Assembly (NCBI RefSeq): GCF_025021925.1
Contig: NZ_CP092368.1
Span: forward strand, 390,001-422,000
Direction: 5' to 3'
Length of the DNA: 32,000 bases
Origin: Candidatus Saccharimonadota bacterium
GTDB taxonomy: Bacteria; Pseudomonadota; Alphaproteobacteria; Rickettsiales; Anaplasmataceae
Shown: positions 1 through 8,494 of the stretch, in pieces
How the letters are laid out: every line of letters starts with the position of its first letter
How positions within the stretch are numbered: the stretch's first letter is position 1
Notes under the pieces: generated by a model
What the model was told of the DNA's origin: nothing
What the model saw: the letters and a program-made list of their open reading frames with translations, nothing else
The model's database searches: none
Program-made: the position numbers and the translations under genes

Positions 1-877
1 AACAAGATCTAAACTCTCGTGCTATTCCATTCATGATTGCAAGATATGCATCTTTTCCAGGAGCTACATTGAATCCCATAGAGTCAAGAATGACTATTTT
101 GGCATCTTGAGATAAAATTTTAGGTTTAATATTATTGCTCATATCCCATGAATTAGAAAAAATACATTTTATATTTTCTTGTGTCATTAACCTTTTGATT
201 TTGATAATGCTCTTGACACCTAAATAAGCATCTTCATCTATATCAAGGATAGCACTTGGGCTATTTAATCTAAAATACTGTTCAAAATACTGATAAGTAT
301 CATTAGTCACTATATATTTTTGATGCATCACACTCTCTAGTTCAGACATAATCTTTTGTGCTTCTTGATCTATTTTTTTGATCATCTTTAATGCATTAGC
401 ATGATATTTATAGGCATTCTCACTATCTAACTCAGATAGTGTTGCACTGATACAGTATATCATGTTTTTTGCATTTTCTGGATTCAACCAAAAATTTAAA
501 TCTTTTTCTGAATCCATAGTAGAGATTAATTGAGATAAAAAATATTTACGATTAGGTAGAAGATTTACAGTATGTGATAATTCTACTATTTTTTTATTTG
601 TCTTAGCAAAAGTACTAACAAATGTTTCTAAGTGATCATCAATATAAAATATTACATCGCTTGCTGCTAAATACCTTGCATCAGATGGTTTTAATATATA
701 GTTCTGTAGAGAAGAATGATAAAAAAGTAAGTCTGGTGTTAAAATACCATCTGTTACAGATGATACAAGAGAATGAATTGGTTTAATTGTAGTGACAACT
801 TTTAAAGTTGATCCAAAAAGAATATTGCAGTATAGTATTGGTAAAATAAATAGAACAGTAGATAGTATATGTCTCAT
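1..877 (-). CDS. Periplasmic metal (Zn/Mn) ABC transporter substrate-binding protein, ZnuA/TroA family; 3' end lies outside the window
   Basis: My own translation of the minus strand. The frame is open from ATG at 877 (complement of cat 875-877) down to the window edge. It is absent from the ORF track because it is truncated. The N-terminus MRHILSTVLFILPILYCNILFG looks like a signal peptide. KVVTTIKPIHSLVSSV, LNFWLNPENA and AYLAIMNGIAREF resemble TroA/ZnuA-type solute-binding proteins. It is divergent from a ZnuC-like ATPase. Confidence 0.8.
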   Translation of the reverse strand, partial: MRHILSTVLFILPILYCNILFGSTLKVVTTIKPIHSLVSSVTDGILTPDLLFYHSSLQNYILKPSDARYLAASDVIFYIDDHLETFVSTFAKTNKKIVELSHTVNLLPNRKYFLSQLISTMDSEKDLNFWLNPENAKNMIYCISATLSELDSENAYKYHANALKMIKKIDQEAQKIMSELESVMHQKYIVTNDTYQYFEQYFRLNSPSAILDIDEDAYLGVKSIIKIKRLMTQENIKCIFSNSWDMSNNIKPKILSQDAKIVILDSMGFNVAPGKDAYLAIMNGIAREFRSC

Positions 878-1612
878 GACAACAATACTGAAGAAAAATT
901 AAATTATGTTCAAAACTCTTCTTTTGTCAATCAATGTATTCTAAAAGTAGAACATCTAAGTCTTACATATAATAATATAGCAGTTCTCAGTGATATTAAT
1001 ATCTCTTTATATAAGGGTAATATAGTTACAATTCTCGGGCCAAATGGAGGAGGAAAAACCTCTTTAGTAAAAGCAGTGGCAGGCCTTAATACAAGTTATA
1101 CTGGTAAAGTGTTCTTTGCTAAGAATATCAAATTTGGTTATATGCCTCAAAATTTTAAGATTAATAATCTCATGCCAATTACAGTTGAATATTTCCTTTT
1201 AAACAGTTTTTCTAAAAAGTTAAAACAACATGAATATGTGATTTCAGATATCATATCATTAGTTGGTTTGAATCATATTTTACATCACCAAGTTTCAGAA
1301 ATTTCTGCTGGACAGACACAGTTAATGATGCTGGCACGATGTTTAATTGCAGAGCCTGATTTAATTATTCTAGATGAACCTGTCAGTGCAATGGATATTA
1401 ACGCACGCGCTAAATTTTATGACATTATTAGTAAAATCACAAAAAAGAAATTTGTATCAATTCTAATGACTTCTCATGATTTAAATGCAGTTCTTCCATA
1501 TACTAATTATCTTCTATGTATCAATAAAACAATCTACTATGAAGGTAAACCTGATGTATTGATGCATAAGAATACTCTCAATGAGATCTTTAGCAGTTAT
1601 ATCACAGCATGA
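869..1612 (+). CDS. znuC: Zinc/metal ABC transporter ATP-binding protein (ZnuC-like)
   Basis: 247 aa. Walker A GPNGGGKTS, ABC signature variant ISAGQTQ, Walker B LIILDEP, H-loop TSHD. Adjacent to the ZnuA-like gene. ATG 869 is the only canonical in-frame start upstream of Walker A. Confidence 0.9.
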   Translation: MSHDNNTEEKLNYVQNSSFVNQCILKVEHLSLTYNNIAVLSDINISLYKGNIVTILGPNGGGKTSLVKAVAGLNTSYTGKVFFAKNIKFGYMPQNFKINNLMPITVEYFLLNSFSKKLKQHEYVISDIISLVGLNHILHHQVSEISAGQTQLMMLARCLIAEPDLIILDEPVSAMDINARAKFYDIISKITKKKFVSILMTSHDLNAVLPYTNYLLCINKTIYYEGKPDVLMHKNTLNEIFSSYITA

Positions 1613-3045
1613 TTCGTAATATTCTACGCATTCTACATATTATTGTAGTACTGATTCGATATAATGTCTTTTTTTATCTGTTATTCTATTCTACACAAGT
1701 ATCATTTAGTATACTGAAAGGTGATCAATTAAAGTGTGCTCTTGAAAAATTAGGTCCAGTATTTATTAAATTTGGACAAGCGTTATCATCTCGTACTGAT
1801 ATTCTAAGTGAGGATGTTACGAATCATTTACTTCTGATATGCGATAGATTACCATCATTTTCAAGTAAGATAGCAATTAATACTATAGAAAGTGAATTTC
1901 GCTGCAAATTAAATAATATATTTATCAGTTTTTCAGAACATCCAATTGCAGCAGCATCAATCTCTCAAGTACATAGAGCAATTACTCTAGAAGGTAAAGA
2001 TGTTGCTGTAAAAATTTTAAGACCAAATATTGAAAAAGTATTTTTAAGAGATATAAAAATGCTTTTTTGGATTGCATCATTTATAGAAAAATTTATCAAT
2101 CATTCTAATAGATTCAAACCAGTAGAATTAGTAAAAATGTTTGCTAATATTTGTCATCTAGAGTTAGATCTCCGTTTTGAAGCAGCGCATTCTTCTGAAC
2201 TAAAGGAAAATACAAAAAATGACAGAGCATTTTATTTACCTGCAGTAGATTGGACTAGAACGTCCAAAAAAGTCCTAACCTCAGAATGGATAGATGCAAT
2301 ACCAATATATGAAGTAAAAAAGCTAAATAATCATAAACGTATAGCTATTAATTTGATTGAAGCATTTTGTAATCAAGTGTATAGAGATTGTTTTTTTCAT
2401 GCTGATCTGCATCCAGGAAATTTAATGATTGATAATCAGAATAATATTATTGCATTAGATTGTGGCATTATGGGAAGAATAGATCGTGCAACATGTTACT
2501 ATGTGATAGAAATCCTAAAAGGATTTTTGAATCGAGATTATAATTATATTGCAAAAGTACACTTTAAAGCTGGTTATGTATCATCACAATACAAACATTT
2601 TGTCACAGCTTGTAGAGCAATAGGTGAACCAATTGTAGGACAACCAATAAAAAATATTTCTTTTGCTACATTATTAACTCAATTGCTACAAATCACTGAG
2701 CACTTTGATATGCAAGTACAAATTCAATTATTATTACTACAAAAAACTATGATTCTATTAGAAGGGACATGTAGAAAAATATATCCAGAAATCAATATGT
2801 GGCAAGTATTTGAATCATGGATTAAACGTCAAAAGAAAAATAAAATAGAATATAAGGACAAAATTCAAAACTTTTATCCTATTAAAACAATACACTCATT
2901 TTTTCAATTGATAGAAAAATTAAATTTAATAGCTAATAACACACTTAATATGCCTAAAAAGAATAATCAACCTATAGTGAGTATATATGATACTGTCCTT
3001 TGGACAATACTCATCATCTTATCTATTAAATTGTTTTCTTCCTAA
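1609..3045 (+). CDS. ubiB: UbiB/ABC1-family atypical kinase for ubiquinone biosynthesis
   Basis: 478 aa. KLGPVFIKFGQALSSRTDIL, AAASISQVHRA, VAVKILRPNIE and HADLHPGNL are the conserved ABC1/ADCK motifs. There is a C-terminal hydrophobic tail. The start overlaps the znuC stop (ATGA at 1609-1612). Confidence 0.93.
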   Translation: MIRNILRILHIIVVLIRYNVFFYLLFYSTQVSFSILKGDQLKCALEKLGPVFIKFGQALSSRTDILSEDVTNHLLLICDRLPSFSSKIAINTIESEFRCKLNNIFISFSEHPIAAASISQVHRAITLEGKDVAVKILRPNIEKVFLRDIKMLFWIASFIEKFINHSNRFKPVELVKMFANICHLELDLRFEAAHSSELKENTKNDRAFYLPAVDWTRTSKKVLTSEWIDAIPIYEVKKLNNHKRIAINLIEAFCNQVYRDCFFHADLHPGNLMIDNQNNIIALDCGIMGRIDRATCYYVIEILKGFLNRDYNYIAKVHFKAGYVSSQYKHFVTACRAIGEPIVGQPIKNISFATLLTQLLQITEHFDMQVQIQLLLLQKTMILLEGTCRKIYPEINMWQVFESWIKRQKKNKIEYKDKIQNFYPIKTIHSFFQLIEKLNLIANNTLNMPKKNNQPIVSIYDTVLWTILIILSIKLFSS

Positions 3046-3054
3046 GTAATAATA

Positions 3055-4332
3055 CTAAAAATTTTTAAGAATAATAATATCTTCTCTCTTTGGACTCGTT
3101 GACAGTAAATTTACTGGTACATTTATTAATTCTTCTATTCTGCTTATATATTTAATCAAATTAATAGGTAAGCGATCTATTGATCTAGTACCTCGAGTAT
3201 TTTCTTGCCAACCAGGTACTTCTTCATATATTGGTTCTAATGAGTTTTGTACTACACTTGAAATTGGTAAATAATCATATGTATGATCTCTATATCTATA
3301 ACTGGTACATATTTTAATGTTCTCAAAAGAATCTAGAATATCTAATTTAGTGAGCGCGACACTTGATACACCAGATAGTTGTACCGCTTGACGTACTAAG
3401 ACGGCATCATACCATCCACATCTTCTCCTTCTATTACTTATAGTGCCAAATTCCTTACCTACAGTGAATAAACTATCTCCTACTTCATTCGTTTGTTCAG
3501 TAGGAAATGGTCCATTTCCTACTCTTGTTGTATATCCTTTTGCTACTCCAATAATATGAGCATTATCAGATAATCCAGAACCTATTATTGCTTGCGCTGC
3601 AACCGTATTACTTGAAGTCACAAATGGATATGTGCCATGATCAATATCTAAAAATGTTCCTTGCGCACCCTCAAATATGATTTTTTTATCTTGTTTAGCA
3701 AGTTCATGTAATACTCTCCAAATAGGTTTTTTAAATGGTAGTATTTGTTTTGCACTATCTTGAATTTCTCTTAATATTGTGTCTTTTGTGATTATCTTAG
3801 CATTTAAACCTATTCTAATAGCATTATGGTAATTTAATAGATTATCAATTTTTGCATTTAATTCACTGATATTCTCTAAATCACACAAACGAATAGCGCG
3901 TCTTCCAATTTTATCTTCATAACATGGTCCTATGCCTTTATTTGTTGTACCAATTGTGCCACTTTCATTTAAATATTCGAATAATTGTTCTTTATCTCTA
4001 TGTATACTTAAAATTAATGGACAATTTTCTGATATCATTAAATTATTAGGATTAATATCTATGCCTCTCATCTTTAAAGCATTTATTTCTAATATTAAAG
4101 CAGATACATCAAGTACAATGCCATTACCTATTATAGATAATTTATTAGCTCTTAAAATAGCAGATGGTAATAAATTGAGTTTATAAACTTGATTATCTTT
4201 TACGATAGTATGTCCTGCATTATTACCTCCTTGAAATCTGACAACTACATCTGCATTTTCAGCAAGATAATCTACTATTTTTCCCTTTCCTTCATCACCC
4301 CATTGCAAACCAATTACAACAATACTATTCAT
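3055..4332 (-). CDS. purA: Adenylosuccinate synthetase
   Basis: 425 aa. N-terminal GLQWGDEGKGKIVD P-loop, GGNNAGHT, TTNKGIGPCYEDK and TKLDIL are hallmark PurA motifs. Confidence 0.97.
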   Translation of the reverse strand: MNSIVVIGLQWGDEGKGKIVDYLAENADVVVRFQGGNNAGHTIVKDNQVYKLNLLPSAILRANKLSIIGNGIVLDVSALILEINALKMRGIDINPNNLMISENCPLILSIHRDKEQLFEYLNESGTIGTTNKGIGPCYEDKIGRRAIRLCDLENISELNAKIDNLLNYHNAIRIGLNAKIITKDTILREIQDSAKQILPFKKPIWRVLHELAKQDKKIIFEGAQGTFLDIDHGTYPFVTSSNTVAAQAIIGSGLSDNAHIIGVAKGYTTRVGNGPFPTEQTNEVGDSLFTVGKEFGTISNRRRRCGWYDAVLVRQAVQLSGVSSVALTKLDILDSFENIKICTSYRYRDHTYDYLPISSVVQNSLEPIYEEVPGWQENTRGTRSIDRLPINLIKYISRIEELINVPVNLLSTSPKREDIIILKNF

Positions 4333-4468
4333 TATCTCACTTCTCTATGAATTAATACACAAATATTAATTCAGTAGTATATATATGACAAGAAATATTA
4401 GTTTTTATATGTATCACTATACAGTATTTAATCACTTGCGTGTCTAGATATTATGCTAGAAAAACAAC

Positions 4469-4497
4469 TTGCGTTTATAAATTAAAGTTGCTATAAC
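4469..4497 (+). promoter_or_regulatory. Candidate sigma-70-type promoter for atpG (TTGCGT-N17-TATAAC)
   Basis: TTGCGT at 4469-4474, a 17-nt spacer, and TATAAC at 4492-4497, about 30 nt upstream of ATG 4529. Such matches arise easily by chance in AT-rich DNA. Confidence 0.25.
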
Positions 4498-4528
4498 ATT
4501 TTGCAATGTATGAAGTGCATATATTTAA

Positions 4529-5404
4529 ATGAAGAGCTTAAAAGAGCTATCCTTAAGAATTAAAAACATCAAATCTGTACAAAAAAGTACAAAAATGATG
4601 CATATGGTTTCTGCATCAAAATTACTGCAAAGTCAAAAGCAACTCATAACATCAAGATTATTTCTCTCACATTTACATCTTACAATTACTTTATTAATGT
4701 CACGTATTAAGGAAACATCCTTAGAAGGATTGATGATACAAGAGACAAAAAGTGATTGTAATTTAATATTTATTATTGCATCTGATCGTGGATTATGTGG
4801 TAATTTTAACTCATCTATTATCAAATATAGTATAGACGCAATGAATTTTTCAAGTGAGCATGATATCAAAACAGAGATTGTATTTATTGGTAAAAAAGCT
4901 TTTGATATTGGCAAGAATCTATTTTACAATAATAGCATATTGCAAGTTGAAAATTCTCAGGGAATAACTCTCAAGAGAATATATGCTATAGTTAACTCTC
5001 TCACTATCAGTAGATATAATGAAATCAAAATTTACTATAATAAGTATTATAATATTTTTAAACATCATGCAAATACTGAGATAATCAAGCCATGGAGTAC
5101 ATCTTCTTCATTAACGCATGATGTTCTACTAGATACATTATCAGATGCGAGATATATATATGAACCAAATAATATAGAATATATACTACAATCTATTATG
5201 CAAGAATATATTCCTTTAGCTTTATATTCTGCTATACTTGAAAGTATTACTAGTGAGCACAGTGCTAGAATGATTGCAATGGAATCTGCAAATAAAAATA
5301 CTAAAGATATGCTCAATAGGCTTGCACTACTTTATAATCGTTCTCGTCAAGCAAAAATTACAAATGATTTAATTGAAGTATTAGGTGGTACCACTACTTT
5401 ATGA
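4529..5404 (+). CDS. atpG: F0F1 ATP synthase gamma subunit
   Basis: 291 aa. N-terminal MKSLKELSLRIKNIKSVQKSTKMMHMVSASKL and C-terminal SARMIAMESANKNTKDMLNRLALLYNRSRQAKITNDLIEV match the conserved terminal helices of the gamma subunit. Confidence 0.95.
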   Translation: MKSLKELSLRIKNIKSVQKSTKMMHMVSASKLLQSQKQLITSRLFLSHLHLTITLLMSRIKETSLEGLMIQETKSDCNLIFIIASDRGLCGNFNSSIIKYSIDAMNFSSEHDIKTEIVFIGKKAFDIGKNLFYNNSILQVENSQGITLKRIYAIVNSLTISRYNEIKIYYNKYYNIFKHHANTEIIKPWSTSSSLTHDVLLDTLSDARYIYEPNNIEYILQSIMQEYIPLALYSAILESITSEHSARMIAMESANKNTKDMLNRLALLYNRSRQAKITNDLIEVLGGTTTL

Positions 5405-5439
5405 TATATGACAATAGTAATAAGTAATAGGAAAGGCAA

Positions 5440-6774
5440 GTGGATATACTGAATATTGCGTCAGATATTGTAAAATTAATAAAAAGTCAAAATCAAGATG
5501 CAGAAGTAATAATATATGATTCTCATACAACTGTAGTATCTCAACGTCTCTTAAAAAGGGAGAGGATATCACAATCTAAAAACTGTACTATAGGTATAAG
5601 AGCTATAGCAGAAAAAAATAAGGCAGCGTACATTTGTACTAATAACTTAGACAGTATGAAGGATACTGTGCATCAAGTGATTACAATGGCAAAACATGCA
5701 TCAGTGAATTCACATATTAGTATTGCATCATTTTATGATCAGCATTATCTCTCTTCTAAAGACTTAGATATTATAGATGACACTCTCATTACTATTGAGC
5801 ATCTTACACAAAGCGCTTCCTCTGCTGAGGATGCGGCACTTTCAGAGCATAGCATTACTAATTCTGAAGGAGCATCTGCATCATATTCTCAAGTAAACAC
5901 TGTACTAGCTACTTCTGCTGGTTTTATTGGATCATTTTGTAAGTCAACTTTTACGAATCATGTCTCTGTGATCGCGAGCACAGAACATGATATGAGAATT
6001 GGATATGATTATGACATATCATGTCATTTTAAAAATTTAAAGTTACCATCACTGATAGGCAAACAAGCTGCACATAGGGCAATCTCTCAATTGAATGCGC
6101 GTACAGTAAAAACTGGTAAGTTTCCAGTTGTATTTGATAAAAGAATTACAGGAGAATTAGTAAGAAATTTTGCTGATGCTATAAATGGTAATAGTATCAT
6201 AGGTGGAAGCTCTTGTTTACAAGATAGTCTATATACTCAAATTTTTAATCATGATATCAATATTATTGATAATCCGTTATTAAAATCTGGTATAGCATCA
6301 AGACCATTTGATGGAGAAGGAATAATCAGTCAGAAAAATATATTTGTAAAAAAAGGAATATTAAAAAATTGGATTTTAGATCTGTATACAGCTAAAAAAC
6401 TAAAATTAGATACTACAGGAAATGCTAAACGTGCAAGTAATAGTATCATTACTCCAGCAGCAAGTAATTTTTATATTGAAAATGGCACTATATCCTTCGA
6501 AGAATTATTATATGATATAAAGCAAGGAATATACATTACTGATCTATTTGGATTTGGTGTCAATTTAGTAAATGGTGACTATAGCCAAGGTGCATCTGGA
6601 TTCTTTATAGAACATGGACATATCACATATCCAATACACGAAATTGTAATTGCTAGCAATTTAAAAACCATGTTTCATCAGTTATTAATCGCAAATGATC
6701 TTACTTTTTGCGGACAATTTAATGCTCCAACAATAAAAGTATCAGAGATGACAGTCGCAGGATCATCTAAGTAA
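5440..6774 (+). CDS. pmbA: PmbA/TldE-family metalloprotease component (TldD/PmbA superfamily)
   Basis: 444 aa. The length and the C-terminal region (GIYITDLFGFGVNLVNGDYSQGASGFFIEHG) are typical of PmbA/TldD. GTG start at 5440, preceded by aggaaagg at 5429-5436. Confidence 0.88.
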   Translation: MDILNIASDIVKLIKSQNQDAEVIIYDSHTTVVSQRLLKRERISQSKNCTIGIRAIAEKNKAAYICTNNLDSMKDTVHQVITMAKHASVNSHISIASFYDQHYLSSKDLDIIDDTLITIEHLTQSASSAEDAALSEHSITNSEGASASYSQVNTVLATSAGFIGSFCKSTFTNHVSVIASTEHDMRIGYDYDISCHFKNLKLPSLIGKQAAHRAISQLNARTVKTGKFPVVFDKRITGELVRNFADAINGNSIIGGSSCLQDSLYTQIFNHDINIIDNPLLKSGIASRPFDGEGIISQKNIFVKKGILKNWILDLYTAKKLKLDTTGNAKRASNSIITPAASNFYIENGTISFEELLYDIKQGIYITDLFGFGVNLVNGDYSQGASGFFIEHGHITYPIHEIVIASNLKTMFHQLLIANDLTFCGQFNAPTIKVSEMTVAGSSK

Positions 6775-6941
6775 AATTTTAGTTGCATATAATATAATTA
6801 TTCCTTACTATCTTCAAAACGACGTGATATTAAATATACAAATGTGAGGTTAGATCATAAGGTTTAGTGGCCTTATATAAGTTAAAATTTTAATTTTCGT
6901 TGGATAAGTTATATTAATTAATAGTTTTAGGAGTTACATAA

Positions 6942-7193
6942 ATGGAATTTGGTCATGTAAAATGGTTTAATGCTGAAAAAGGTTACGGTTTCATTAAACC
7001 AGAAGGTAAGGGTCCTGATGTTTTTGTACATATTAGTACATTAGAGCGATCAGGAATTAGCCCTGAATCTCTTAAAGGAGAAAATAAAGAGAAAGGCATT
7101 AAAGGAGAAAGAGTCAGTTATCAACTTAAAGAAGAACGTGGTAGAAATGGAGAAGATAAGAAATCTGCAATCAACTTAAGATTAGAAGATTAA
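6942..7193 (+). CDS. cspA: Cold-shock domain protein (CspA family) with internal insertion and acidic/basic C-terminal tail
   Basis: 83 aa. [15 protein letters not shown] (RNP1) and DVFVHIS (RNP2). taggag lies 7 nt upstream of the ATG. Confidence 0.93.
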   Translation: MEFGHVKWFNAEKGYGFIKPEGKGPDVFVHISTLERSGISPESLKGENKEKGIKGERVSYQLKEERGRNGEDKKSAINLRLED

Positions 7194-7232
7194 TTTTCAA
7201 ATGAATATTGATAGTCATTCTACTCATGAAAT

Positions 7233-8456
7233 ATGAATAGTTTTCTTGACATGAATTTACATGTGAGCCTTATGCAAGCTCTAGATAGGAATAAACTCTC
7301 TATTCCTACTCCAATTCAAGCAAGGGTAATTCCATTAGCAATACAAGGAAGAGATATTCTAGGATCTGCACAGACTGGTACAGGCAAAACTTTGGCTTTT
7401 GCTCTTCCTATTATTACTAAATTGTTAGAACAGCCCAATGCTTTTACAGCAATGATAATTGTACCTACTAGAGAGCTTGCTCATCAAGTTACCAATGAGA
7501 TTCAGAAACTATTATCTCAAGATTCTATCTTAAAGATCGCTTTGCTTATTGGAGGTGATCCTATTTTTAAACAATTAAATCAGCTAAGAAAAAAACCACA
7601 AATTATAATAGGAACACCAGGTCGCATCATAGATCATCTATATCGTAATACTTTAAGTACTAGGAATATAGGCATTTTAGTACTAGATGAAACAGATCGA
7701 ATGTTTGATATGGGTTTTGGAGTGCAAATTGAAAAAATAGTACAATATGTTCCCAAGCTCAGGCAAACTCTTATGTTTTCTGCTACACTACCTACTAATA
7801 TAGTACAACTTGCTGAAAAATTTCTTAATCAACCAGAACGTATTTCCATAGATTCTCAATCACAAGTATCTACAAGAATTAAAGAAGAAGTGATCTATGC
7901 ATTAGAATCTGAAAAATATAAAAAACTGATTATTGAATTATTACATAGAGAAGGTTCAATAATTATTTTTGTAAGAACAAAGCAAGGCGCTCACGATTTA
8001 GCATATAAATTGAATAAAGATTCATATAGGGTATCAGAATTACATGGAGATTTAAGGCAGCACAAGAGAGAATCAGCCATTAATGCATTTCGTCGTGGAA
8101 GTATTCAAATTATGGTTGCAACAGATATTGCTGCTCGTGGATTAGATATTCCACATATTCAGCATGTTATGAATTATGATATCCCTCAATCACAAATTGA
8201 TTATATTCATCGTATAGGTAGAACTGCACGAGCAGGTTCTGAAGGTCATGCTGTATCTTTTGTCACACCTCAAGATAAGATTAGATGTCCTGAATTTTTA
8301 GATAAAACAACAGGGAAGCTAAATTTTCAATGTCATTTACGTGGTAATAAGAAGTTTAATTACAATAAAAAAGTCTTTCGAGACAAAAAACAATATATTA
8401 CAAAAAATAAGTTTCATGCTAAAAAATTAAACCTCAAAAAAACACATCTATTGTAA
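7233..8456 (+). CDS. rhlE: DEAD-box ATP-dependent RNA helicase (RhlE-like)
   Basis: 407 aa. Q motif PTPIQ, motif I AQTGTGKT, Ia PTRELA, Ib TPGR, II DETD, III SAT, V ATDIAARGLD, VI HRIGRTARAG. Lys-rich C-terminal tail. Confidence 0.93.
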   Translation: MNSFLDMNLHVSLMQALDRNKLSIPTPIQARVIPLAIQGRDILGSAQTGTGKTLAFALPIITKLLEQPNAFTAMIIVPTRELAHQVTNEIQKLLSQDSILKIALLIGGDPIFKQLNQLRKKPQIIIGTPGRIIDHLYRNTLSTRNIGILVLDETDRMFDMGFGVQIEKIVQYVPKLRQTLMFSATLPTNIVQLAEKFLNQPERISIDSQSQVSTRIKEEVIYALESEKYKKLIIELLHREGSIIIFVRTKQGAHDLAYKLNKDSYRVSELHGDLRQHKRESAINAFRRGSIQIMVATDIAARGLDIPHIQHVMNYDIPQSQIDYIHRIGRTARAGSEGHAVSFVTPQDKIRCPEFLDKTTGKLNFQCHLRGNKKFNYNKKVFRDKKQYITKNKFHAKKLNLKKTHLL

Positions 8457-8494
8457 TATTCTTTGCATTTAAATTTTTTATTCTTTTTTTTGTC

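Noticed and set aside
3046-3054. Only 9 bp between the convergent stops of ubiB and purA (and 38 bp between the helicase gene and ligA), with no terminator
   Set aside because: Tight convergent packing without intrinsic terminators is common in reduced AT-rich genomes. Nothing in the sequence suggests more.
7686-7697. Helicase motif II reads DETD instead of DEAD
   Set aside because: It falls within the accepted DExD variation of the family. All other motifs (Q, I, Ia, Ib, III, V, VI) are intact, so there is no sign of inactivation.
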